Below are positions 46,132-58,657 of a DNA stretch of 64,000 nt, one piece after another. Origin of the DNA: Patellaria atrata CBS 101060 (lineage: Eukaryota); the NCBI GenBank assembly GCA_010093705.1, contig MU006092.1:440623-504622 (forward strand). The letters are read 5' to 3'. The translations under genes and the position numbers were made by a program. Within the stretch, counting starts at the first letter, position 1; each line of letters opens with the position of its first letter. The notes beneath the pieces are model-generated. The model had not been told where the DNA came from, searched no databases, and saw only the letters and a list, made by a program, of their open reading frames with translations.

Positions 46132-46827
46132 ATGGCAAGACCATTTCCCTCTCTCGAGGGCGGATGTTTTTGCGGAGAAACTCGTTACAGGATGGCAGGC
46201 GCCCCTCTCTTCGTTCACGCTTGTCATTGTCACAGCTGCCAGCAAGAAACTGGCTCATGTTTCTCTCTACATGCAATTATCGAACCGGATCGTATCATAT
46301 CCATAGGCAAGGTCATGCCCGTTTATATTCGGAGTCGCAAGGAGAGCGCAAAGGGTAGACTCGACTCAATGTGCCCTAAATGCAATATTATGCTGTGGAG
46401 CAGAAACACTCAGTGGCCTACTCTTGATCTAAAAGTTGGAACTCTAGACGTCCCCGATCTTATGCCTCCAGACATGCATATCTATGTGGGCAGTAAAGTC
46501 TCTTGGTTAGAATTACCAAAGGATGCAAAGGTTGAAATGGGTCATTATGACTGGATGAAAGTGTGGCCAAAAAGTAGCCTTAAACGGCTTGAGATAGCCA
46601 CAGTAAGAGCAAAGGAAGCTGCAGAGCGGACTCAGAGAAAGACAGACCATTCTCAGAAGAATACAGAACTGTTTAAAACCCACGCTGAAGGGTCTGACCA
46701 TGAGGAGCAGAACTTAACTGCCGATGAACTAGATGCTGTGGAGGCTGAACTAGAACAGAGACTACACCAACTCAGTTTAAAATTGTCCAGCAATCATAAT
46801 GGAGCCTCATTCAATCCGTCAACATAG
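46132..46827 (+). CDS. GFA/CENP-V (Mss4-like) Zn-binding protein
   Basis: LEGGCFCGETRY, HACHCHSCQ, CPKC, VGTLD...PPDMHIY; acidic helical C-terminal tail. Confidence 0.9.
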   Translation: MARPFPSLEGGCFCGETRYRMAGAPLFVHACHCHSCQQETGSCFSLHAIIEPDRIISIGKVMPVYIRSRKESAKGRLDSMCPKCNIMLWSRNTQWPTLDLKVGTLDVPDLMPPDMHIYVGSKVSWLELPKDAKVEMGHYDWMKVWPKSSLKRLEIATVRAKEAAERTQRKTDHSQKNTELFKTHAEGSDHEEQNLTADELDAVEAELEQRLHQLSLKLSSNHNGASFNPST

Positions 46828-47687
46828 GAGTCGACCGGTACTTACGCTATAGCAGAAGCTTTTAGATCTATTACCACCGCAATTCTTGAACAGAAACTTT
46901 ATTTGAGCACGTGTCTATTCTGGTCCAGAACATTCAACAGATCTCAGAACTATCACGACCCCAGATTTATTCCCCAGATGCATGCCCCATATACACGGGG
47001 TATGGAGCAGAGCCTACCAGAACCAATAATTGTACATCCTAGGGCAGTATAAACTAGTAAATCCACCTGCAAGGGACTCCAGAGCTATCATATACGTACA
47101 CCGCCCCTTGGACTCTTCCACAAGGTCCCATTTGTGTCGTCCCCTCATTAGTTTTCCCTAACTACGTTAGGGACCCGGGAAACTTACTGGTACCGAAGAA
47201 TTTTAGTGGGCATATCTACCTCTATAAGAACTCGGTCCGAGCCGTGGATACACTAGAGTCTCCACAAAAAGGCCCAACGGTTTTCGTGAGTCTAAAATCA
47301 TTTTTCGAGTCTTTATTGCTGGATTAAACGAATAGCCCACTATTATTAAGAGAACTACCGTCGTCTATATCACCATAAGGGTGTTCATGACGAGACTATT
47401 CCGAATTTCCATAAGAAATAAATTGCTCAGCGCGTCTTACCCGCTGTGTACCCTATCAGATGGTATCTTCGTTGTCTACTCCAGTTTCCCACCATCGTGA
47501 GATTTTGGCAAGGGCAACCCAAGAGCTATTGCATCTTGACATAGTCTGGTATTTAAGACCTTTCTTCCCGCAAACTTTTCGCACAGAGATCAACTTTCGC
47601 TATTTCTCGGAACACTCTTTCTTATCAACTTTATTATCAAACTAATCTCATATCAAATCTTACTCCGCACCTGCTGTCACTTTCAGT

Positions 47688-49463
47688 ATGGCATCAGATG
47701 GAGAAAAGAAAGAGGGTGCAAGACTCTCGAAGCACAGAAGCAGTAATGCACCCGAGTTTATCGACAGGTTCAGGTTCAAAGCGGATAAAGTATCTTCTGA
47801 CTCAAGCTCACTTCCATCCACTACCCAGACTACTCCAAATGCCTCAGTCTCTGGTCCTCCCTCTGGCAAAGTTGAAATTTCGGAGGCTGAGTATTATCAT
47901 GCTACCGGGTTCATGTTCCCCACATGGAAGAAGTGGTCGATCCTCGTTGTTATATTCGCAGTGCAGACCTCCATGAACTTCAACGCCGCCGTCTACGGCA
48001 ACAACATCTCTCACTTATCTAACCATTTCAACGTCTCGGCTCAAGCCGCGCGTGTAGGCCAGATGATCTTTTTGGTTGCATATGCCTTCGGGTGCGAACT
48101 TTGGGCACCGTGGAGTGAGGAGTATGGCAGATGGACTGTTCTTCAGTTGAGTTTGTTCTTCGTGAATATCTTCCAGCTTCCTGTCGCACTCGCTCCAAAT
48201 TTTGCAACTGTCGTTGTTGGACGCTTTTTCGGTGGCTTGTCATCAGCCGGTGGATCCGTAACTCTTGGTATGGTTGCAGATATGTGGCAACCACATGAGC
48301 AGGTATTCCTTCCACACTCGTATATCCTTTTTCCATTTAATTCTTTTTTAGGGATACGCTGTTGCGTTTATCGTCTTCTCGTCCGTCGCAGGTTCCTTAT
48401 TCGGTCCCATTACTGGCGGCTTCATCGAGACCCACCTGAACTGGAACTGGAACGCTTGGATTCAACTCTTTTTCGGTGTCGCTGTCCAAGCCATCCATTT
48501 CTGGGTACCAGAGACTCGCTCTACAATTCTTCTTGATCGCGAAGCGAAAAGGCTTCGCAAGAGCGGTTTGAACATCTGGGGCCCCAACGAGATGAATGAA
48601 AAGCGAATCACCCGGAAGAAGGTCGTTCAGATCTGGTTCCGCCCATTCGTGATGTTCGTCACCGAACCGATTGTACTCTTCCTCTCACTACTCAGCGGTT
48701 TCAGCGACGCTCTGATCTTCACTTTCTTGGCGTCATATGGGTTGGTATATGCACAATGGGGCTTTAGCTCTATTCAGACTGGTCTCGCCTTCATTCCTTT
48801 GGGTATCGGCTACATACTTGCGTATATATTCCATCTTCCCTTCATCCACAAGGATCGTCAAATCCTGAAGCGTGATCTCACTGGCATCGCAGCAGAGCGT
48901 CGATTGTATCCTCTCCTCTGGCTCGCACCACTCCTGTCACTCGGCATGTTCGGATTCGCATGGACATCGCTCGGTCCTCCTCAAGTCCACTGGATTGCAC
49001 CAATGCTCTTTTCCATCCTTGTCGGCGCGGCAAACTACTCGATTTACATGGGCACCATCGACTACATGGTCGCGAGTTACGGACCCTACTCCTCATCTGC
49101 AACCGGTGGCAACGGTTTCGCTAGAGACTTTCTCGCCGGTATCGCCGCGATGTATTCAGTACCACGTGAGTGCCCTATCTATCACCTCGTCAATTCGCCT
49201 ACTAATGTCATACAGTCTTCACCAACATCTCCGAAACCAACTCCCTCGAATGGGCCTCCACGCTCCTCGGATGTTTCGCAATCATCCTCACCATCCCCAT
49301 CTACGTCTTCTATCGCCATGGCGAATCGATCCGCAAGAGGTCCAAGTTTGCGTCCAAATTGGCTGAGGAGAGGCAGGGGCATGGTGGGCTCATGCCGTTC
49401 ACGGTTGGTCATGCCGCAAATGCGAATCATCTAGGACGCGAGAACTCGGAGGAGAAAGTTTAG
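47688..49463 (+). CDS. MFS drug:H+ antiporter (DHA1 family), 3 exons
   Basis: WKKWSIL, WAPWSEEYGRW, VGRFFGGLSSAGGS, RPFVMFVTEPIV, ERRL, YGPYSSSA. Introns 48303-48351 and ~49166-49215. Confidence 0.92.
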
Positions 49464-50471
49464 ATCATAGACGGCGTCACGGAAAGTATAGGGAAATACA
49501 GAGCAAAGAATCGGTTGACTGGCGTTAGTGTAGGTAGTGGTTTTGATACTCCATACAGTTCGGATAGCGCTAGGATAAGCTTAATGTAATATTTTGAATC
49601 GATATTACCTTTTCATCGCGTTCATCATGGCATAGTGCACGAATCCACCCTTGAAGTCCTTCTAATCCCACTGTACGGAAATCAATACGCACATTCCCTA
49701 TTTTCACTTTAGTATCCACCCCTCTTCATTTCACCCAATATCCAGAAGCTCCTAGCCTAATCATATCCCCCGCCAGCCACAAACCAGCTTGAACAAGAGG
49801 CCACGATAACTGCAATGGGCAGTACAGACAGACACGCATCGTTCAAAGCGACTCAGCAACCCACACAATCCCAGCACACCCGTATTCCTCCAGCCTCAAA
49901 TGCCATACAGGGAGCCCGAGGAGAAGCTATCTATCAGCACCCCCAGCACTCCCAGCCCGAGGACCTTCACAGCGTGACCATAGACAACTCGATATCCTTC
50001 ATTACGGTAGACTTGAGTGGGGGCTGGAGATGGTTGACCGGAGCGCATAGTCCTGGACTGTGTTGTCGGATCCGGGTGTGCTGCATTTTTGAGTATGGGA
50101 ATTGGGGGTACTGTACGTATGTGGGTTCTAGCGGGAATGAGAGAGCGGGTGGGTGGTTGAAGGATTATGCTGAACTAGGTAGTAAGAGGAGGGGGAAGAG
50201 CGCTCGTGCTGCACTGTACGATCGAGGTAAGCTATAGTTCTACTACTCTATGCGAGTTGGACGTTGCATCCAGCTCATACTCTTGAGTTGGATAGATAAT
50301 ACAAGCATCAATTAAACTCAACTCAAATGCCGTAAGATTCATCTGGGGGACTGGAAAATCAGGGGGGAACTCAGCGACTACGGAGGGCGGTGGGTATTAT
50401 ACTACTATATACCAATACTTCAGTCTCTATCCGGAGTGATAGTCACCCATTATCATCCATAAATCATACCT

Positions 50472-51718
50472 TCACGAACTCGTAACTGCCTCCCCCTTTT
50501 CGTCCACAAGGTGCTCCTGGACTCTGATCGGGCCTTCACCCACACCAGTCAAGATGACCCTGCTCACACCCTCCTTCAAGGTCGCCGCAGTCCTCTCATC
50601 AACTTTCTCTCCGCCCGTCGCTGGAACATCCTCCCTCCACCCCTCCACACCGCCCAAGATCTCCTGAAATCTTCCCGCGACAACGGAATGGCTCTCCTGA
50701 AGGTAATAAATCACAGCATTCGGGCCAGCGTCGAACGTATACGCCGCGACGATCTTCCCAGCGGCCTCATTAATCGCCTCGACAGCCCTGATAGCAGCAC
50801 GCGAAACATCATTCATGTAGAAGATCGGGGGATACGTATCCAGACACGTGGCGTGGAAACTATTACTATCCCTCATCGTGATCCTGCCGAAAGTTTCGAA
50901 ATCCCTCTTCTCGATGGCGTAGCTCATCTCGCGCATACGCGCCGGGACCACGTCCGCCGCCCGCGCGGGGAAGAGCGTGGATGTCTTGACGGTAGTCTGC
51001 ATGCCGGTTGTGCTGCTGACGCCCTTTTTGGCGGCCGAGACGACGAGGATGAGAGCGCGCATGCTGGGCCAGTGGGAGGCAGGTGCAACTTCGTATGCTA
51101 CGCTGTCGCTGCCGTCGGACGCGGTGCCTTTCTCCCACGCGACGTAGCCGCCGAATAGGGAGCGGCATGCTGAGCCGGAGCCTTGTCTCGCGATCTTCGA
51201 TAGCTCCGTCGGGTTCGCTGGGAGCTCGTAGAGATCTGAGATCGCTCTGACCAGAGCTGCAAAACCGGCCGCCGAGGATGCCAGTCCGGCTGCGGTGGGG
51301 AAGTTGTTCTCGGAGACCAGTTTCAGGGGTAAGAGCGCGAGCTTTGGCAAGGATTGGTCTTGGTGTTCGAGGGTGGCACGGAGAGAGCGTAGTTCGCGGA
51401 AGCAGGCTTGGGTCCGACCTCCGGATACGTCTTGCGGGGAGCCATTGAGGAGGAGGCTGTCGGTGGAGAATGAGGAGCTGCAGGAGGCGGTAGTGTGGGT
51501 GCGGAGGTCGGATTGGGAGAGGGTTACGGAGAGGGAGGAATTGGTGGGGAGGTTAAGGGAGGGATCACGTTTTCCCCAGTATCTGTTGTTGTGTGTGGTC
51601 AGCTCAGATCATACTTTCACATACTGTTATATATGGTGGGGAGGTATTGAACGAACTTTATCACCGCGATGTTCACAGGTGCCGTTGTGCTAGCTCTATA
51701 TATCTTTCCGTCTGTCAT
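50472..51718 (-). CDS. MVD1: Diphosphomevalonate decarboxylase
   Basis: MTDGKIYRASTTAPVNIAVIK|intron|YWGKRD...LPTNSSLSVTL, NNFPTAAGLASSAAG, ARQGSGSACRSLFGG, YTFDAGPNAV. Confidence 0.97.
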
Positions 51719-52007
51719 TGTTGCTGTAAAGAAAGATATTCTACAATATCCAATGTCAATTCTTTATAAGTCGAGGGGGAAAGTGTCACTGTGTCTTTAT
51801 TCACCGTAATTCCCCTCGCACACACATCAGATGGTGTTGTTGTGCAAAACACCCAAATCCTGACAAGCTCCATGGACCCTGTCTGCACGACACTGACTCG
51901 TGCAACTGCAGCTTCTTGGCTCGAAGCTCCGAAATATCTCTCACCTCATTATCTCACCTTCTATTCAACCCTCTCTCTTCTCATCCTCACTCTTCTTCAT
52001 CCTCACA
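51719..52007. promoter_or_regulatory. Short divergent (probably bidirectional) promoter between MVD1 and the heme lyase gene
   Basis: Only 289 bp between two divergent start codons; CT-rich leader before the heme lyase ATG; TATA-like tttataa ~51763. Confidence 0.55.
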
Positions 52008-52787
52008 ATGGGCTACCTAGATACAATGGGGCAACCCCAACCCACTCCACCCTCCGACACCTCCGTCTGCCCCGTCGACCACAAAGCCCGCGCCGCCTGG
52101 CTCTCCCAAGCGGGCTCTTCAAACCCACCACATCCCCCCTCCTCTACCGTCGCACCTCTCGGAACCACACGCGAAGTCTCCAGCATCCCACGCGCGATAC
52201 CCTCCTCAACCTCGCCGTCCTCCTCCTCTCCCTCCTTCTCTCCCTCAACCACACCAGCAAGCCACAGCAACCCCCTCTCAGCCAACGCCGAAACCCCCAC
52301 CCCCCTCCACGACGAAAAGTCCGGAAACTGGCTCTACCCCTCGGAGACCCAATTCCACCGCTCGCTAACGCGGAAATCGCACACCGTGCCCCCAACCCTC
52401 ATGTCCTCCATCGTACCCCTGCACAACGCCGTAAACGAGCGCGCCTGGTCGCTGATCCTGGGCTGGGAGCGTCTTACCAGCGCGGCCTGTCCGCCAAAAC
52501 TGCTGTCTTTCAAGGGGGACGCGGGAAAGGTTACCCCCCGGGCCCGCTGGAAAATGCTGATGGGGTATAAGCGGCCGTTTGATCGGCATGATTGGGTCGT
52601 CGAGAGGTGTGGGCGGCGGGTTGAGTATGTGATTGATTTTTACGAGGGGAGGGGGGTCAGGGCGCAGGTGCAGGGGGAGGAGGGGAAGGGGGTGGAGGCG
52701 CCGGTGAGCTTTTATTTGGACGTTAGGCCGAAGTTGAATAGTTGGGAGGGTGTTAAGATGAGGGTTATGAGGTTTATTGGGCTGTGA
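52008..52787 (+). CDS. CYT2: Cytochrome c/c1 heme lyase (CYT2-like)
   Basis: CPVDH heme-regulatory motif, REVSSIPR, NWLYPSETQF, HNAVNERAW, PFDRHDWVVERCG, YVIDFYEG, LDVRP. CPVDHKARAAWL favours the c1 type, but CYC3 is not excluded. Confidence 0.85.
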   Translation: MGYLDTMGQPQPTPPSDTSVCPVDHKARAAWLSQAGSSNPPHPPSSTVAPLGTTREVSSIPRAIPSSTSPSSSSPSFSPSTTPASHSNPLSANAETPTPLHDEKSGNWLYPSETQFHRSLTRKSHTVPPTLMSSIVPLHNAVNERAWSLILGWERLTSAACPPKLLSFKGDAGKVTPRARWKMLMGYKRPFDRHDWVVERCGRRVEYVIDFYEGRGVRAQVQGEEGKGVEAPVSFYLDVRPKLNSWEGVKMRVMRFIGL

Positions 52788-53658
52788 GGGGGTTGGAGAT
52801 GTGACGAGAAGGTGGAGATAGGATGGTTAGAAGAGGAACACAGGAAAATATAAGGGGAGTAAAAGAGAGAGGAACGCGGGAACATATGGGGGTATAAGAG
52901 CAGAGTCGGCTATGTATTATAGAGGCATATGGACAATGTAAAAGGTAGTCAGAAGGGAAGAGAAGGGATGGTCATGTATCATAGTGCTAGAAAGGACTTG
53001 CAAGAAAGTGTCTCACGGGGGCTGGAACTCAATGGTTGCATTGAAAGGATATTAGAAGTATAGAAGATACGACAGAGAAGGGGACGAAGGCCACATCGAT
53101 AGTCTGTACTGTACAATATAAATACATCTTCCCCCTCGCCTACGTACACCACGCACACATCTGTTCGGCCCCATTCATGTAGCACATCGAGGGCAAAAGC
53201 TCTTATTAGAAGCAACCATACGGGCACTCCTAACAGTACCACGACGAGGGAATCGGTACGATGGACATGAACGTCAAGGTCACTAATCTGCATCTGCAAG
53301 CGGGTAGACTGAGTCATCCATCCGTACGACTACATGTACGAAGCTATATCCGCACTGCCATACCGCATTAATACCCATCACCTCATTCAATCTGCATAAG
53401 AGCGCACACCACCGCACGCCAGAACCATGCAACTCATGACCTCCCTATGTCATCAGTCGAAAAATACGCAAAGTAGCCGCCCGCGATATCAATATCCGAC
53501 TCAAACTTCCATTCTATACGCCCAAAATATCCCTAGTCCCAGTGGCATTTTTCGTCTCTTGATCCGTGTCCCTTGGGAACTTCTCGCAGCCTGGGTAGCA
53601 AAACCGCATACCCCACCTATCAAAAAGAAACTCGTTAGCACAACTTTTGTCTCTCATA

Positions 53659-56600
53659 TCACATGTCGATCGTCTCGTTGAACCTCAGGACCCCATTTCT
53701 CCTCAAAAAGCCATCCACGCCTTCCGGGGCGCGGTAGGACGATCCGGCGTCGTCGGCGGTATCGGAGAGATCGGTTATGAGGACGAGACCGGCGGTCTTG
53801 ATGGATTCGATCAAGGCGGGTGCAAGAGCCTGTATTCATACGTCAGTACAGATGTGAAGGGTAGAGATGGGTCGAGGTATAGAGTAAACGGTTTGAGATG
53901 AAAAGGCCGAAATGGGATAGGTGACCTACCAGCAATCGCGAATTACATATCAGTCCCATAAAGTTATTATCTCTCGCGATCTGTACCGCTGACTTGACAG
54001 ACGAGGTGGTACGGCCTGAACTCTGGACTTGAGGACCCTTGGGGTTCGTGGAGCTTATGCCGTCGGTACCTAAGCCGTTGCAAAGCAGGATTGGGTCTAG
54101 CGAAACATTTGGTTAGTCGTGAGCGAGGAGATATTTAGAATAATAGACATACAGTTTGGCTGTTTCCAGTTCAGAGCGGTGCATATATCCTGGTTAAATG
54201 ACGAAAACACGATCGAACGATTAAAGCCATCTTTCGAGTCTCGCAGATACCGTGCATGGTCAAAAACAACATTAAGTAATGCGTCTGCAAAATCGTTGAT
54301 GTTAGGTGTTGGACTAAGTCTGAATTCCTCCTCTTCTTGTCGGGACGGGTAAAGGACGTGAATATCAACATCGATCTGAGTAGGTAGGAGTGCAAGTGCT
54401 TCTTCTAAAGTTGAAAACGATCTCGCGAGTAATTGATGGATAGCCGGGATATCATCAAGTGTGGCCTTGGGAAGTGTTGCCATGGTTTCGCTTAAGTCTT
54501 CCTGTTGGGCTCCTATGTTGCGGAACTGCTCTAAGGTGAGGTGGTTGATATCCACAAGAAGACTGTGAAAATTGACTTTCCATTGTGGGAATAATACTGG
54601 TACTCCGTCAGCTGTTAGTTGTACGAAGAATCGAACATAATCCCCTGACAGGCTAGATCCAGTTATTAGAGCACTCGATTGACTCTCAAGCTGACTGGTA
54701 GCCTTCCAGTACGTGACAAACTGAGTGATCTCCAAAGGAATTCCAGGATACGGTTTCACAACTTGAAAATTGAAACTTATCCTTCCAATTGCACGCAGTC
54801 GCGGATCCATGAGCTCCAGATGCCAATGTCCAGAACTACTTGCTCTTCCTGTGAAGACCCTCGACGATGCAACCGTACGAGCGATGATTTTGGAGCCGAA
54901 TGTGGGGTAAATATCGAACTCGATCGAAAATGCATCTAGATTATCGATTTGGAATGAGATCAGTTTGTGTTCATCCTGAATTGGTAGTATTAGGTTACGA
55001 GGGATTAAGTCGGATGACTTTGACGAAATCGTTAAACGTGCGGCAGGGTACTTATTCTCATCGTAGAATCTGACCGGTTCGGGACCTTCATTCTCGAAGC
55101 TCACGACCACAAAGGTCTTCGTATCGAGGAAGTTATGACCGTAACGTCGAACTGGGATGATGGGTGGCGGAAGGGACAAATCAGGAATCCCGTCGACCTC
55201 CATGGAGTGGGACATGGGCGCTGGAGCGGTACTCTTGGGTACCTGAAACATCTGAGGAGATGTCGATTTAATTTGCGGTGGGGGCTGGTGTGATACAGCT
55301 GGCGATGACTGGTTCCCGGACAATGCTAGCAGCTTCATGCATTCCATATGTCCTTCCCAAGTGGCATAATACATCGCTGAAAGGCATTTTTCGTCAAGTA
55401 CGTTCACATCTACTCCACTTTCTAATAGGAATTGGAGGCACCTTACGTGTCCTTCGCTGGCAGCGTGGAAAAGCGGTGTCCATTGATATAGTTTGTCGGG
55501 TTGATCAAGACTTGCTCCATAATCTCTAAGCATTAGCAACAATTGCGGATCGTTTCCAGATCTAGCAACCAAATGTTGTGGGTAGAGTCCTTCTGCATCG
55601 GGTAATATCGATGGTTGCTTTTGTAATATAAGCTCAACTATCTCGACTGCTCCATACTGACAGGCTAGGCTTAGAGGAATATGGTCAGAATCACCCTGTG
55701 GATCGATTCGGATCGGGTATGACAAAAGTTTCTGAACGCATGGTAGCCTTGAATGTACAATCGCATGGATTAATGGAGTGAAGTTGTCCTGGTCTTTGAA
55801 ATTTATGGTTTCTGGGTTGGCCAGGAGTAAAGAGTCAATCATTTCAACATGTCCATGCATGCAGGCGTAGTGAAGTGGTATTCTTCCATACACATCAACT
55901 AGTGTACCATCCACTTTCCCTGAGAGACCTACATTTAGGAGAAGTTCTCTTCCGGAGATTGCCGCTCTGTGAAGTATATTTCTCTCATTGATTTCGTCCA
56001 CCTGGGTGAGGTTCACGAGCTTTGTGTCTAATAGTAGCTTCAATGAAGGATCGGGTGCTTCTTTCGCGGTGCTCAGGAAAGCTCTCGTGATTCGATCGCA
56101 AGCATCGGGAAGATTTGTGGTTCGTTGGATCCAGTCTTGTAGTACGGGTATGTTTCCCGAGTTGACGGCCTCGAGAAACTGCGATTCGAGTTCGGTATCC
56201 TCGTTGATAAGTTGGGAATCAGACACTGGTTGGTCTATCGATCGCGATGAGAACGACATTTTTTCTCCTTCAGCCCATGCTGCGAAATCCAACAGGTTCG
56301 TTGTGGCTTGATCAGAGAGATCACTGATAACATCGCGATTGAAGATGGGTTGCACGTCCACTGCACGGGATAGATATAGCTCCTTCGTACGAGACTGTAT
56401 AGGGATATTAGAATGACGGAGGATGGTAGAATTGGGTTTATCAGACCTTTGACGTTTTATCCCACTATGAGAGATTAGCATAACAATTTCTTTCACGCTC
56501 AGGGGCTCAAATGTACCTTTTTTAAAATCTTCGAGAATGCTGTTGCATTTATCTCCACAAATTGCTCGATTTGAAGTCAGCAGAATCCTAAGTTCATGTG

Positions 56601-57417
56601 CACGGATAATACCTGGAGCTTATTCAGGTCACTACTGAACTGGCGGAAACCCTCTTCGAGAGCGATGTATTTGGAGGATAGTTTCGACGCTGAAGACGTT
56701 CGGGCTTGCATAGAGCGTTTCTTGTCCAATAAGGTGGTCAATCTCAACTTGAGCTAAATACCTATTTAGTGCTGTTTGGGATTCTGATGGTATAAATGCT
56801 CACCTCCGCTTCTTTCTGGAGATAGAAAGTGTTCACTTTCTCTAGCTCCCGCTCCTATTTTGTGAATCAGCCATATTTTCGTTCACATACTAGGTCCGGT
56901 TTTAGATCGTAAAAGGAATGCTGCTCTATGTATGATATATAGTGTCCCTTCATGTAGAGCATTCTCGAAGTAGATGGCGTAGAGAGTTGTCTGCACTGCT
57001 TCCAGATTGTGATAGCTTGAATGCTGTAACTCACCAAACGAAAGAAGAAAGTAGCCTTATTCGCCTGCAACGAGGCCTGGGGATCCAGAGTTTGACTCGC
57101 ACTCGCACCGCCGGCGTCATTTTGAGGAAGCAATACAGGAGTTGCGCTGAGCTTCTTGATGAGCTATTCAACTAGTTAGCAAAACAACAAACGACCTCAA
57201 CATATCAATCCAACCTTTTTCAGGGCCTTATAGTCAACAAAGCTCGCCGCATACTCGGGAATGTCGAGTTGCCGTTTCTGAATATGCTTGCCGAACTTCC
57301 TGGACAGCGGGATCTCATCAGCAACCTGCTGCGCGGGCAACTGATCTACAGACTGCGACTCTCTACGGTCCGTCTCAGATGGCAAAGCTCGAGCATCCAT
57401 AGGCGTGGGACGTACAT
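53659..57417 (-). CDS. PHO81: SPX-ankyrin-GDPD-like cyclin-dependent kinase inhibitor (NUC-2/Pho81), ~10 exons
   Basis: SPX start MKFGK...DYKALKK, ERELEKVNTFY, ankyrin repeats (YGRIPLHYACMHGH, WTPLFHAASEGH), LPPPIIPVRRYGHNFLD, degenerate GDPD-like domain ending LRFNETIDM*. Confidence 0.9.
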
Positions 57418-58657
57418 TGTAGAAAGGGGTACTAGAGGAACAGAGTGAAATTGCTCCCTGAGAATGAGACGGTAGGCCTCGAAGGCCGTGAGCCAGCGGT
57501 GTGGCAGAAAGGGATCAAACGAAAAGGCGGCAAGGCAAAGCAAAGAACTGAAAGGGGAAAAAGTAAAGCAGGAGGTGTCGGGTCGACCAGTGGAATAAGA
57601 CAGTTCTCCACGCAGTGCGTCAGTTGGATGAGGTCGGATGAGTAGTTCTAGGTACTGTAAGGTATGTCACTATGTATTGACAGTTTATGGTCAGAGGCAA
57701 GAGGTACCGTGATGCAGCTGTGTGCACCTGCAGGCGACACTTCTGGAAAATCGGCTCCTCATTCTACAGAAGGAAGACAGGTAAGGTATGATGGAACTTA
57801 TGGAAGTTCTGTACATCCAATGTACCTATCGATAAGACTCTTTCGAGTTCACAAATGAGGGGCTGTACTTGTTACCTACCGTAGGCTAGGCTTTGCAGAT
57901 TGCGGCTTCATGGACAGCAGGTTCTACTATCTCATCAAAGTGACTGACTCCTGCAGGTATGGATGAAGGTACCTTACTGTAGATGCATTATGCCCCTTGT
58001 TTGCTTGTTGGTGTTTTGTTGCGCAACCAATGATAACCCTATGTTTTGGAACGTGGGGTGTCTTCAGGTAGGATATTAGAACTACTCGAGTTGGGATAAA
58101 CTGCCATCTTCATGTCCGGCTTCACAGACCACATAGCTTGCGGCGTTCGGAATATTATACGGTAGATTGTAAAAGGTATTGTATCTCATATGACAAGCTC
58201 AAAATGCACTTTGACATTCTTTAATGACACTTTTTTCTCCTGTTACGTTTGTACGCTTGCTCTCTTTAAGAGCTTCTTTCTATACTCTCTACTCTTCCGG
58301 TATGAATCTCCAACAAGCACACATTAAAACAGCAAGCTATAGACGCTCTCCTGCAATGCCATCAATAATGCTTTCCTGTTCACATGAAGTAGAGAAATTT
58401 TCTGCCCAACTCCGGCCACATAGAGAACCATTCGCCAATGCACCCTGCCTGTTAGATACAAAATAGCCGGGGAATCGTCCATTCTGCGAATTAGTCAAAC
58501 TGATAGCTCGAGAGCCTCAACTATTACCGTTAACCAATCATACTTACCTGATGACTTTCGTCGGTGTAGTACTGTTTGCCGAGATTGGAGTTAGTCATTG
58601 TCGTCTCAAGAATTTACGTTATCGTCACTTATTACGAAACCTCCATCGTGGCCAGAC

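Noticed and set aside
51791..52570. 259-aa alternative-frame ORF overlapping the heme lyase, and the GTG-started extension from 51900
   Set aside because: Shadow ORFs of GC-rich coding sequence; the ATG at 52008 after a CT-rich leader is the natural start.
56496..57400. ORF-track starts for NUC-2 (56496, 57400)
   Set aside because: Both begin inside introns; the spliced model starts at 57417.
58540..58640. ATACTTACCTG on + strand, identical to the U1 snRNA 5' end
   Set aside because: No U1-70K loop (GATCA), U1A loop (TTGCAC) or clear Sm site follows; better explained as the reverse complement of a perfect donor of the CRM1 3'-UTR intron.
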